Positions 51,079 to 63,587 of a DNA stretch of 64,000 nucleotides are shown piece after piece (position 1 is the stretch's first letter; every line of letters starts with the position of its first letter). A program made the position numbers and the translations under genes. This DNA is from Camelus dromedarius (lineage: Eukaryota): positions 11,348,001-11,412,000 of the forward strand of contig NC_087438.1 in NCBI RefSeq assembly GCF_036321535.1, given 5' to 3'. The notes below the pieces were generated by a model that searched no databases, was not told the DNA's origin, and was given only the letters and a program-made list of their open reading frames with translations.

Positions 51079-51245
51079 TAAAGGACTGGCAGACCTCTTC
51101 TGCAGAGGGCCAGGCAGTAAATGTTTTCAGCCTTGCAGAGCATCGAAACTACGGGGCTCTGCCTTGTAGCCTGAGAGCCGCTGGATACAATACTTGAAGA
51201 AATGGCAGGGGCTGGACTTGGCCTGCAGACCTTAGATTGCTCACA
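51079..51245. mobile_element. hAT-Charlie MITE (MER58-like) fragment
   Basis: ggcagac...agggccaggcagtaaatgttttcagccttgcag...ggacttggcctgcag. Confidence 0.65.
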
Positions 51246-54200
51246 GGGGTCCCACATGTTGGAGAATAATTGTGACTCCTAATTGCATTGTTGCAACTAA
51301 AAGGTTTGCAGCTCCATACAGCCCTGTAGCTGTACGAAAACTGAAAAAATGCAATCAGTCATCTGGATTCCTTCAGCAAAAGCCAAACATCTGGATGTTT
51401 GGAAATCTACAGTTGAAAAAACACCTATTACGTTATCATTATGATTATTACTAAGCTTTTGTGTACTTCATTCCAAGAGTGATCTCAACGTATTTAAAAA
51501 GCTGGAAACAGAGTGAAATTGTACCTTTTTTCTTTTCACTTTGAATCTGATATTTTAAAACAAACGCCAGCAGAGGGGGGATAAAATGTTTACAGTAAAA
51601 GTATATATTTTTTAGTATCAGATACTCTCTCTTAAAATGGTCATAATTAAAGCCACAATAGCACCGAGTTTGTTTGATATCAACCCGTTTGCAAAGTAAA
51701 GATTCTTTGTTAGGAGACATAACCAACCACAGGATGGTTGGCCACCATCCACATTCATTCGAACTTGACCCCAGTCTGGGTTCTAATGCTGGAAAGAGAA
51801 CCTTCGAAGAGGATCGTTACTTCTGGAAGAGGGGTGATGCCCTCCTGGGTTTTGTTGTGGCTGTTAGTCTTAAATGATAGAATGAGGAAATTTGTCCTAT
51901 AGCAAAACTCTTGGCTGTGATAGCTCTTCCTGTTCAAAATAATATTGGAGGGCAAAGTTGGGCCCCATATTGAATTCTAGAATGAAAACAGACTGGGGCT
52001 GTTAATTCAGAGTCTAGTGAAATAAATGTTGGGTTTGTTGTGTCCTCCTTGCAAATGCTAGAACACAAAGTCACTGTTGGTTTGTGGAGTGAACTCCAGC
52101 CTGTCTGGGAGCCCCCTCCCACTTAATGTTAGAGGACCTTCATCATTATCTAGGAAAAACTGTTGACTGTATAGGTCTCCACTGAGTCTTAGGTGGCTAC
52201 GCTCACACTGAGCTGCCCGTGCTCTAGCCCTGCCCCGGTCTGGACCCATCCACACCTCCTCTCGGGTACCATCACTGGGAGAGACATCTTTCCATCCGAG
52301 GAAGCCCCTCCTGGCATCTGTTCTGGAGCCACCTGTCCTCTCTTCTCTGACAGTGCTCCATTGGTTATCTCTCGCCTTATCTTATTTTTAACGTATCTTT
52401 TCATCTTTTTTATTTAATATCAAAAACTTAGCCAGACACCTCTCATCTTAAATTATCTTCCCCTTTCTCTCTCTCCTTCCTGTCCCTTCCTTTGTCCACT
52501 TTCCCTTCTGCAATTCAGGTGTTACTTTTCCTCCCCCGTACCTTCAGGATCAAGCTCCATATGAGCAGCCTCTCCCAGATCTCTGCCCTCCTGTCTCCGG
52601 GAAACGTGTGGGTTCCCTCCGTAGCTTCCAATCTCAATGTCCCCATTTCATTTCCTATCAACTGAATTCTCTCTTTTCAGTGTTATGCTTTTTTTTTGAG
52701 GACTTGACCACATCCCAATATCTAGTGGTACTTAATGGATTTTTTTCCCCAATAGGAACAATTGGTCAAGAAGGGGAACCTGACCCCACACAGGTCAGTG
52801 AAGAGAGACTGGATCCCAGGACTTGAAGTGGTCCAGAAAAAAAATCTGCTCCTTTTCTTTACAGAAGTCTCAACCCTGGCTGCACCTTAGTGTTATCGAA
52901 AGAGATTTTAGAAAGTACTGATGCTTGCACACCACTGCCCTTCTGCCCTGAAATTTCCCCCTGTCATTTGTCTGGAGTAGTAAGTGCTCCAACAGAAGTG
53001 AGTTGCTGTCCCTTTGGAATGCCTTCTCCCTGATGGCAAGGGTGCCTCTTATTCAACTTTCGTTTCCCATCCATTATACGACATGACACATGGTATGTCC
53101 TCAGTAAATCGTTTCTAAATTGGATAGTTCGCTATGAATTTCCAAAGGTAAGAAATCATTGTCAATTTCATTGATTAGAACCATAATTTTACTTATATTA
53201 TCAACTAGATATATCTTTACCTTAAAAAATTTTTTTAGATTATTAGCATCAACCTTTATGTTGTGAAGATTTTTTTTTCTAATTTCATAATTGTGTGCGA
53301 ACCAAAATCTCCTGTAATTCCTATTGGAGACCAATCTCAAGTTGCTGTAAAATGACAGCTCTCAGGAAGGTATTGTACCACAAGGAGTCCATTCATTCTA
53401 TGGTCAGATGTCCTGGGCGTGGAATTCCAGCTCTGCCACTTACTGCCTGTGGGGTGTTGAGCAATTCACTTAAGGTCTCAGAATGTCATTTTACTTAGTC
53501 ATGAAAATGAATAACTCAGCCGTGGTGAATGCATGTGGGACACTTGCTAGGTGGCCGCCATTGTAGCCTTTCCCTTGGCTGACCCTCACAGCCCTCCCAG
53601 GGAGGTAACATCTTCATCAGTATCGTCATCATCACCACCATCCCTGCTGTACATACTCAGAAAGGGAGGATTAAAGACAGTTCACGCTTTGAAGGATGAA
53701 AGAAATTCCAGAGTCCCCATTTATAACCACCAAAACGTCAGGAGTGACTTTTCTGAGATTTCAGGAGGATGAGTTGAAAGTGCCCTCGAAAGTCCTCGTG
53801 TTGCCCTGACCCGAGTGGCACCTGGATGAGCTCATCTCTCATTTCTCAGTTAAAAAGAACTACAGAGCCCCGATTAACGTCAGTCTAGAGGATGGACATG
53901 AAGTCGTGGCATTTTAGACCGCGCTCTTTGGGCTGCCTCAGTAAAACTCATCCCGTGTGGAGTTTGATGTGGGTTAGGCTGAACCCAAAGGATGTCCTTC
54001 AGAAAGTGTGCCAAGGTGAATGTGCAGAGCCAGACAAGGAGGGTGACAAGACCGCTCTCTGATGAACAAGCTTGGCTGGCCTTTCCTCAGGAGGAATTCC
54101 TATCAACCCTAGTTTACAAAGCCCAGGTGTTTCTCCAATCCCTATTTCAGTGGGGTTCATATTTTAAATTACTACACTCAGCAAAATAACAGTTTCCCAT

Positions 54201-54289
54201 TGGTTCTGCTTCCAAATAGCATTAACATTCCATTGATTTACTCTTTTTTCTCTTAGTGGCTATTGAGATTTGTGTAGTAATGTTAAAAA

Positions 54290-54660
54290 CATATATTGCG
54301 TATTGCACATACCACACACTGTTCTAAAAACTCTAGATATATATTAAGTCATTTATTTTTCACAATAACCCTATTTGCCTCCATTTTATGGATGAAGAAA
54401 CTGAGGCACATAGAACAAGGTTTCTCAGATGTCACTGTGCATCAGAAGTCACCTAGAGGGCTTGTTAAAGTAGATTGCTGGACCCCACTCCCAGAGTTTC
54501 TGATTCGGGAAGGCCAGAGTATGGTCTGAGAATTTGCATTTCTAGCAGGTTTTCAGGGGAGGCTAATGCTGATGCTGCCATTCCGGGGACCACTTGACAG
54601 CCACACAGCTAGTAAGTATTAGAGGCTGGATTTGAACACAGGCAATCAAGTTGCAGAAGC
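54290..54660 (-). mobile_element. MIR SINE interrupted by MER5A-like element
   Basis: ccattttatggatgaagaaactgaggcac before the insert; cacacagctagtaagt...ggatttgaacacagg after it. Confidence 0.75.
54417..54598. mobile_element. hAT-Charlie MITE (MER5A-like)
   Basis: gtttctca...tgcatcagaagtcacctagagggcttgttaaa...cccagagtttctgattc...gagaatttgcatttctagcag...ggggaccac. Confidence 0.88.
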
Positions 54661-55740
54661 CTTTGTGTTACCTTGTGTTATAACTAGACAGGACTCGTAT
54701 GCCTTCACAAGAAGAATGCTTGTTTCCATATAAGGCAATTTCTACTTTTCTGCATATAAACATGGATGTTTGCATGGATGTCTGTGCATATGTGTGGATG
54801 AATATTCACGTGCATGTAATATCCAGACACTCTGGTCTGGTGAGTCCAGTTCTGTATCAGCAGAGAATGACCATTAGCAAATTCTTTAATCATTCTTATA
54901 CTTACTTTAACAATTATAATCATTAGTTTGTTTTAATAACAGATCTCTGAGCTCATCACAGTCATTTATGACCTGTTATTTGGAAATAACGGGCCTGCGG
55001 TTCAAAAGCATGTGTAATCTCATACTTACTTCCTAGAAGTAAATCAGACTCTATGCAATTTGACATAATGACAAGTGTAATTAATGCATTAGAATCCTAG
55101 ATTCTCAGTCATCAACTCCAGTCTCTCACCAGATTCATAAATCTCTGAGGTCTGTGAATGAAGCGTGGGCAGCCGTTGCCTGGAAACTTCCCAAGCTCTC
55201 TGACTCAGTTGTGGGCAGCTCCACTTATTTGAAACTCTTCCCCACAGATCCCCCAACCCTGGTCTCCTCTGAGCTCCGTCTGTCCGAGACCTATGCTTCT
55301 CTGGCGACACACACGTCTTTCTCATGCTTCGCTTGACACCGGCTCAAGTGTGCAAAGACTCTTACCCCGAGAATTCTAGTCCTCAAGCTACACCTGCCCT
55401 CTGATTTCAGCGACTCCCCATACACCAAACCATCTTCCTGCCTCCTGCCCTGCCTGCCCTGGGCGTGCTCTAACCTGGAACAGTCCCCTCTCTCAAATAT
55501 AGAGTCCCAAAGTGAATGAAATATTCCAGAAGATAGCCAAGAAAAGAATCATAGCCCTTGATCTGGAAGTGGATGCTAAGATTAAATGTAAACCATTTTT
55601 CATTGGCAGTTTCCAAGATACATTTTGCAAATGTCTTGTTCCCACCTGGCTGTGGCTCATTTTCTCAGATTGGAGGGTGGGGCTTCCTGGCACTGGCTGT
55701 GATGCCGAGGTTGTCCATTTGTTTGTTCTGGTTGTGACTG

Positions 55741-55758
55741 TGGCGCCCTCTGCTGGTC
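55741..55758 (-). promoter_or_regulatory. CTCF binding motif
   Basis: Minus strand GACCAGCAGAGGGCGCCA, a near-consensus CTCF core. Confidence 0.6.
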
Positions 55759-58222
55759 CTCACAGCTCTTAACGTTTGCATTTTCAAAAAAAAAAAAAAG
55801 CTAACCGCGATTCAAGGAGAACGTAACATCTGTTGATTTAAAACAATGATGATTTTCTTCCTCATGGTAGACAAACACTGTAAGCCTCCTTCACTAGTGT
55901 TGTTTAGTCTAAATAACCCAGTTTCACTGCTGACTGATGTTGGAAACATGGGTTTTTTGTGTTTTTTTTTAACGTTAGCTGTTTGGAATTGATCTAACAG
56001 AACAGTTTCAGGGTCCTCTTAGTACTATTTAAAAGCTGTTACCTTGAATTATAAATTAGCAGAGCTCAAAGACATTTTTTAAATGATCAGACTGGTATTT
56101 TCACAGATGCAAAACCAAGGTTCTGAAAAGTTAGAAGATTTTCCAAGAAGCATGAGCAGTGTCAAAGCCATTCTGTGAGTTTCAGATGTGAACCTAATTC
56201 ATTGTGATATGTTTTTATTTTAATAAATCAAATATATTAACTTTGGAACATCAGATACCATAAACTTTCTGGGTTTTTTATTTTAAGCCAAAATAAATAA
56301 TAAACATTTAGTTAAAATTTTGTAGTAATTTAATTATTTTGACATTTATTTAATAAAATCCATAAGCTACGATGAATCCCTAAAAAGTCCAATTTTCAGC
56401 ATTTATTTTCTTATGTTTTCTTGTTATGCTTGCTAATGCAGCTTCTGACAGAAGTAAACATATTAATAGAACTGCTGTAGCCACTTTCATTCGTATATGA
56501 TTACTAGAAACCAAAGAAAGTCTGGAATTGGTCCATAAATGTTAATATTATCTGAATTGAGTCCAGTAAAATCATCTTTATGTGGGAAAAAAATGACTTT
56601 ATATGGAATATAATGTCTCGATCCAATAAAACACCACGTATGTTGCTGTAAAATACTGAATAGGTCTTACAACTCCTAACTAAAGTAACTTTGCAATTCA
56701 CTTATTTAGGATTATTTGAGGTTTTCTCTGGCTTCTGGACAACAGAAGGAAGGATCATATAGGCATTTGAAAGAAGTAGACCTGTCATATTTCTATCAGA
56801 AGCAGAAATTATTCCAGTTCCTATTGTAAAATATAAAGCTCTGAGAACTTTAAGTGTTTCCTAATTTCTGAATTTGTATGCATTCGGGTCAGTGGAAGGC
56901 ATTATCATTTTTTTCTCTGGACACTATCCCAGGTCACTTGCAATTTTGCTAAACCTATTATTCAAAAAATTTGAAATGCAAATAGGTAAAAGTAATTCCA
57001 TCTAACAACTTAAGCTGTAGAAGTAGAATTCTTTAGAGCCAGAGGGGATGGTGCAGTTGTCAACTTCAGTTGTCCCTTGAGAGGTAAAAAATAAGAAGAA
57101 ACTCAGCAATTTGATTTGCCCAAGTAAGAAACAAAGCCAAGGGCAAACCCAGGTTCTGTTGATCCCCAGGCCAGTGCTCACTGCACTCTGCCTAAAGTAC
57201 ATCATCTAAGCCTCCTTACGGAGCGTTCAGTGAGCTGAAAATCACAGGAAACGTGTTACGGAAACTTGAGGACACAGTTCACATTTCTTCCCTAGTTAAC
57301 ATGGGCCAGGCTGAAAATAAAGACTTCTCTCCAGAGCAAAATTAAATGTACCGAAGCCAACCCTTTGTGATATTTTTGGTCTATCTGACCAACAACTGAA
57401 TCAGTTAATTCTTTTGCAAAGTCTTTATTTCCCATTCCTTAGGTGCAAACAAATCTAGTTGAAAATACTAGAGAAAATTTACATTTCAAAAGATTTTAAA
57501 GACACATCAGTTAATACGGAACATCTAACGTTGGCAAACTCTTTGCAAATGTAGATGAACTTTTAAGACTAGAACTTTGAGAAAAATAGCAGTTATAGGG
57601 TGCTTTTAAGTTCAGTCTTTTAAGTACAGGGTGAGGAAAGGTAGCACCAGCCTCTTCTGTGACCCTCTCTGCTCTGTCCATCATGCGCTAAGGTCTAATC
57701 TTAGGCCTACTCTGTTTCAGAAAAAGAAAAATATAATATTAAGAAGCAGAGAGTCCTGAAATAACAGAGTTTAACTGTGTTCCTTATACTCGTCTCTTGA
57801 GAGGTATTCTCCTCTGGGCTGTCTCTGTGGTTTCATTTTTTAAGACGAGGAATGTGGTCAAGGAATGGTGGCTCTGGCTGCCTACTGAGGGTAAGAGGCA
57901 GGGTTCTCTCCATTTATTTCATAATCAATTTCACCTACAATAACCTTCCCAGCCTCCTCCCTGATGAACGCTCCCTTGTTCGTTAAGATTTAGTTTAGCC
58001 ACATCTCTTCCATGAAGACCTTCTTGTAGTCCCTGACATTGAGATAGTCTTAACTGCTCTGCACTCACATAGCTGCGGTGTGTATTAATTCAGTGTATTA
58101 CACTTAAATGTGTATGTATCCTTCTAGATCTGACACATACGAGGTGCATAATAACTGGAATTATGTTCAAACAGGAATCTTCATTTTGGCAGTTGTAGGT
58201 GCTCATTTAAATAGCTTATGTC

Positions 58223-58720
58223 TTTTTTTTTTTTTTTTTGATTCCACATATAAGTGATATCATATGGTATTTTTCTTTCTCTTTCTAGCTTACTTTACGT
58301 AGAATGACATTCTCCAGGCCCATCCATGTTGCTGCAAATGGCATTATTTTATTGTATTTTTATGGCTGAGTAGTATTCCATTGTGGAAAAAAAAAAAAAC
58401 CTTACCTACAAAGCAGAAACAGACTCACAGACATGGAAAACAAACTTATGGTTACCGGGGTCGGGTAGGGGGAAGTGGGTGGGAAGGGATAAAATGGGAG
58501 ATTGAGATTTGCAGATACTAACTACTATATATAAAATAAACAACAAATTTCTACTGTATAGCACAAGGAACTATATTCAAGATCTTATAGTAACTTATGG
58601 TTAAAAAGAATATGAAAAAAATATATGTATGTTCCTATATGACTGAAGTATTGTGCTGTACACCAGAAATTGACACAATATTGAAAACTGAGTATACTTC
58701 AATAAAAGTATTAACAAAAT
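58223..58720 (+). mobile_element. Young, 5'-truncated and 5'-inverted L1
   Basis: Minus-oriented piece 58223-58385 joined to plus-oriented 3' UTR ~58386-58720; TSD AAATAGCTTAT[G/A]TC. Confidence 0.9.
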
Positions 58721-59243
58721 AAATAGCTTATATCAGACAAATAGCATGTCTAACCATTTGGCTATTAAGGGCATGCATGGTAGCCAGTTTGTCTTGGAAG
58801 GCTCACCCAGAATTTAACTGCTTAAAATTCAGTATTCTGTGAGTATCTTAGTGACTACAGTGGGCAGCAATTGGTCACACCTGCTGTGGATATTTTCCAA
58901 ACTAAAAGTATACACAACACTCCATGCCAAAGAGCGGTAAGGACCTTGATCAAGCATTTGTCCTGTGCTCAAGCAGCTCAGAACTGTTTCCTGGGGGAAA
59001 CATGGGCCCTTTCCACTCTCATGAGGGGGAAGCCATCTAAGCTTGGGGGTCCAGGTTTAAAATACTTGATTTCATAAGGGAATGTTCACCTTAATTTTCT
59101 GTGCTTCCATTTTCACACCTGTGGAATGGGGATAATAACAACCTCATGAGGTTACTGTTGGGAATACAAACACATAAAAACCTGTTAAGTGCTGACATGG
59201 TGCTGTGTAGGTGTTGCTGGCTGTTATTAATATAAGATTGAAT

Positions 59244-59455
59244 TAAGGTTGCCAGATTTACCAAATAAAAATATAGGATACCCAGTTAAATATGGGATAC
59301 CCAGTTAAATATAAAATACCCAGTTAAAACAACACATAATTTGTTTATTACAAGTATCTCCCATGCAATGTTTGGGATATACACATGCTAAGAAATCATT
59401 GGCTATCTGAAGTTCAGCCTGAACTGGGTGTCCTGTCCTTCATCTGGTAACCCTA
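59244..59455. mobile_element. hAT MITE (MER53-like)
   Basis: TIRs taaggttgccagat / atctggtaacccta; internal cccagttaaat and ctgaactgggtgtcc. Confidence 0.8.
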
Positions 59456-60461
59456 GGTTGAGTGAATGAATAAACCTTAGTTGGAATTTAGGAATGTAGC
59501 TTTAAAGAGTTGTTTTTAATCAACCAAACAGAATGCACAAATTTCCTCCAGCAGGGACCTTCCCTCACTAATGGAACACCTTCTGAGATGTTTTTTGACC
59601 TGTCACCCTGTTGGCTCAGGTCAGGAGGTAGGAGGTGCCTGAAGTAAATAAGGAATCCTGGGTGGGCCAAAGGGTCAGAGTTCTGGGGCACCCTGGGGGT
59701 GTTCTTTGCCAAGGTTTAAGTTTAGATTTAGTCTCTGACCTGCCATGGTATGTTGGAAAGGCCAAAGAGAATTGGTGGTAGAAATCTTACAGTGCTGTCC
59801 AGAAGAGTGCCACTCTGGGGGTAACTGGTCCATAGTGTTCACCAAATGATTTGTCAACTGACCAGGAAACAATTTCACTGGATCTGAGAAAGGATTAGAG
59901 ACAAAGCAACCAATGCCACAAGGAGCCTGTCCGCGTGAACCTGCCTGCCTCGCTTACTACTTGTCCGTTTCTCAGAAGTTTTCTGGGCTTGAGTTATTAG
60001 AATTTTTAATGACATGGCAAAAGTGAGGTATGAGAAAAGATCAATATTAGTCATATACTCTTAATTTAATGGTGATTTATGACCTTCAGAAGCCTGGGCC
60101 ACTGCCCTGGATTATTAGGTTTTTAATATGGCTTTCTTTATAGAGTTGCATTAACTAACTAGTTAACAGTGAATTTTCATATTATTATTTAATAGTGACC
60201 TTAAATTAACCCTTCAAACTTCAGAGCCATCTTAAGCCTTTCTTTTAACCCTTGTCTTCTATAGTAATTATTTTTGATTTTTTTACTGCAGCTCATTGGT
60301 TACCTTTTTATTTGTGTGTTTGTTTATCTATTTGCTAAGCCATTTATCCCTGGAAAGTTGTAACTACAAAAATACTAAATTTATAGGCTTTAAAAATGTT
60401 TTTTCTTATACTTTTGGAAAGCTGGCAGCTGCTATTCAAGTCCATCTAAAATTCACATTTC

Positions 60462-60660
60462 GGGGAGGAGGGTATAGCTCAGAGATGAAGCGCATGCTTA
60501 GCATGCACGAGGTCATGGGTTCGATCCTCAGTACCTCCATTAAGTAAAAATAGTAATAATAAATAAATAAATATATAAAACTAATTACCCCCCTAAAAAC
60601 ACACAATAAAATAAAATAAAATAAAATAAAATAAAATAAAATAAAATAAAATAAAATAAA
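60462..60660 (+). mobile_element. tRNA-Ala-derived camelid-type SINE with (AAAAT)n tail
   Basis: GGGTATAGCTCAG...CTTAGCATGCACGAGG...GGTTCGATCC; degenerate TSD aaaattcacattt / aaaatccaccttt. Confidence 0.9.
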
Positions 60661-60683
60661 ATCCACCTTTCAAAACCATCTCC

Positions 60684-60775
60684 GGGGGTGGGGAGTGTAG
60701 CTCAGTAGCAGAGTGTGATTGGTGTGTACAAGGTCCTAGATTCAATCCCCAGTGCCTATGTTAAGAGGTTAAAAA
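60684..60775 (+). mobile_element. Second, more diverged tRNA-derived SINE
   Basis: GTGTAGCTCAGTAGCAGAG...AGATTCAATCCCCAG. Confidence 0.75.
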
Positions 60776-62204
60776 GTACTCAAGAAATAAATGGTTAAAA
60801 TAATACATTTTTCCACTTTTACATTTTTTTCCTAATGTTGGGAGTCACCCAAGTAACATATGGTAATGATTTAGGATTCTGAATCATATACAATTATTTT
60901 CATCTTAATAGCATTGGCTCTCATTGCTTTAAAATTCACCAGTTGGCATATAAGTTTGCCAGTCCAAACTCAGTCTGTATTTTCCTAGAAGTGCTCCCGA
61001 AAGTATGAATATGAATTGTTATTCCACAGTCGGGCCATAACTTTGAAAAGTAGAGCATCAAATTTTACTTTTGAAATATTACTGTTTTATTAGCAAATTA
61101 ATAATACATGGCACTTGGATATTTCCTGTGTAAGGATCCCAAAAAGGGACTGCCCTCTTCTGTTAATATAATGTGATTATTCCAGTAATTTAAATTAAAA
61201 CTGAAATTCAAATCATTGGCATCTTGAAATGTACTCAGAGAATTACGAGCGGGGTGGGCAGTGAACAAAGGTACACCTGTGTAGCTTGTCTCTTGGTCAC
61301 ATCTCTCCCTGTTTAAAATCCTCCCCTGCAAGGCTGGATTAATCCTGAAGCCAACGAGGCTTACACTGTGGTGTCCCTACTTGGCTGGGTCCTTCCAAGG
61401 TCCTGGGAAAGATCTAGAAATGGATTCATTTAGGCTTCAGAAAATTTTGCAGAAGGAAGGTGTTTTGCCATCATAGGTGAGACTCCAGTCTCTTTTCTCT
61501 CCAACTTGAAAGAAGACGCCCCGCAAACTGCACAGAACTCAGGCCCCCCCACACTGGGGTCCACCCCTGTTCCCAAGATAGAGCTTATTGTTTTAATTAC
61601 GTATCCCGGATTAGAAGGGAGGTTGAGGATTTTTTAAGCTATGTGTGTTCATCACAGTCGCATGTTGGCCTTGGAGCGAGTTTTGGTCTCCATCAGCTAT
61701 GCCCCAGGGGAGACAGGGATGGTGAGGGAGGCCCCCTGGAACCCAGCCAGGCCCCTCCCTCCTCTCCTCTCTTCCCTTGTGCTTTTAGGACAGACTTCCC
61801 TCCAACCTTTTTGCCTGGAGACACTCAGACAGGAAGTTCTCTGTCCTGGCCTCTGGCTCATTCTCAGAATCTGAGGCCAAAAGATGAGACGTGATGGCGA
61901 CCTTAGCATGTGTTCCTCTAATAAAAGTACTGTGATTACAGCCATCACTGGAAGGTGCATGAGCTGCTGATGTTGGCTGCCATGGTGACGGGGGCGTGGG
62001 GTTGTCACCCGTCTTCCCACCCAGCCCTCGCCTGCCTGGCTAACTGGGTGCTACCTTGTTGGAGATGCTGAGGTGAAACAAGGGCAAGAGAGGGGTTGTT
62101 ATGAAGCAGGGAGAAGCTGTGCAGCTCCCCGTGTTTTCACCTTCGCCCGGGATGTCTCAGAGTCCAGGACTACATTTTCCATCCAGTCACCTGACTATGC
62201 TGGG

Positions 62205-62455
62205 GAGAGGCATGCGGTGAAGCAGGAAGAAGGTTCTGGAGCCAGATGTCCTGACTTCAGATCCAGGCTCTGTTTCTTACTTGTTACGTCAGCAGACACC
62301 ATAATTGCTCTGTACCTCACTTTCCACATCAGCAAAATGGGGATATAAAGGGATACACCATGGGCCATGGTGAGGGTTAAATAAGTATCATAAGACACAC
62401 AGCACTGAGGCTGACACACGGGAAACACGTATCAAATGATGACAAATACTGTTAT
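62205..62455 (+). mobile_element. MIR SINE
   Basis: tctggagccaga...tctgtacctcactttccacatcagcaaaatggggata...gtgagggttaaata. Confidence 0.75.
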
Positions 62456-63489
62456 CCTTGGTCCAGGTTTCCTGCCTCCGTTATTCCTCTCCCTTACTTG
62501 CTTATTCTAGCACTGTTGGTTTCAGTGGTATAGCTAAGCTTTTTATTACAGTCATAGTGACTCATTTTTAAAAATGAGAAGGGCCTAAATGAAATAAAGC
62601 AGCATAAAGGATACTGATTGGATTTCTTTAAAGAAGTAACCCTTGGAGTTAAACAAAGTGCATAACACTCTACTCCTGTGGAATGCAGGGTCCTTCAAAA
62701 CCTGGGAACTCATTCAGTTTTTCTTGGAGAAGAACTTGAGGAATTTTTTTATGAAAAGTAACAAATTAGGAAACTGTATGTCATGATTCTGGCTTAAACA
62801 CAGCTGGTGTCAGCCTATTCCTGGTTTCAGGATCTGAGGAATGATGGGCACGGGTCAGGGCAGGGAGATAATAGTTTCTTCCTTCCTTATCCTGGGGGTA
62901 AGGCGAGACCAAGCAAAATTTCAGAATAGTCCAAGTCCGTCTTCCCTACCTAGCCACCTGCTTCTGCAGACTTTCTTCTTCTACCTTGTGGCTTTTGTGC
63001 CAGTTCCTTGCTCACTACAGCCTGTCTCCAGTCAGGACATCATCTATGAGTCAGAATTGCCAGTCTGCTCACCGCCCAACATCAAAAGTGAGTGCCCCTG
63101 GCTGACTGCTGTGAACCACTCCTAGGAAGCAAACAAGCTGATTTATCTGGGGCCAACTCCACCACGATAAACTTCACTTTCCTGGCTGTATTTGCATCTT
63201 AAGGTGATATTTGTTTACTTACACACAAAAATTTTGTTGGAAAAAATTTTAGAAATGACAATATAAAAAATTGAATGTAGTCATTCTGGAAAATATGTAG
63301 AGATAGAGGAGGGAAAAGGTAACCAGGGACAATCATCTTTGCTTGGATGTCTGCTCACCGAAGTCCCCACCTCTGGCTCTGCACCAGTGTCCTCTGAAGG
63401 CTCCAGGTTCACTGAGAGCCTGCTTTCCTCCTGTGTCCCAGCATCAGCCTCCACGAGGGGACATGGGGGGCACCCTTGTTTCCATCAAG

Positions 63490-63587
63490 TCTCAGTGGAA
63501 GAAGGAATACATCTTTATTGTTTGAACCACTTAGATGCTGGGGCTATTTGTTACTGCAGCGCAGCCTAGCTCATCTTGACTGATACA
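63490..63587 (+). mobile_element. MaLR (MLT1) LTR 3' fragment
   Basis: tatttgttactgcagcgcagcctagc...tgactgataca is a typical MLT1 terminus. Confidence 0.6.

Noticed and set aside
59272..59328. CRISPR-like repeat array
   Set aside because: Units are directly tandem without spacers, lie in a mammalian MITE, and no cas genes are present.
63063..63360. 12-bp direct repeat GTCTGCTCACCG (near 63063 and 63349) as a TSD
   Set aside because: The intervening sequence shows no clear poly(A) tail or element termini; probably chance.
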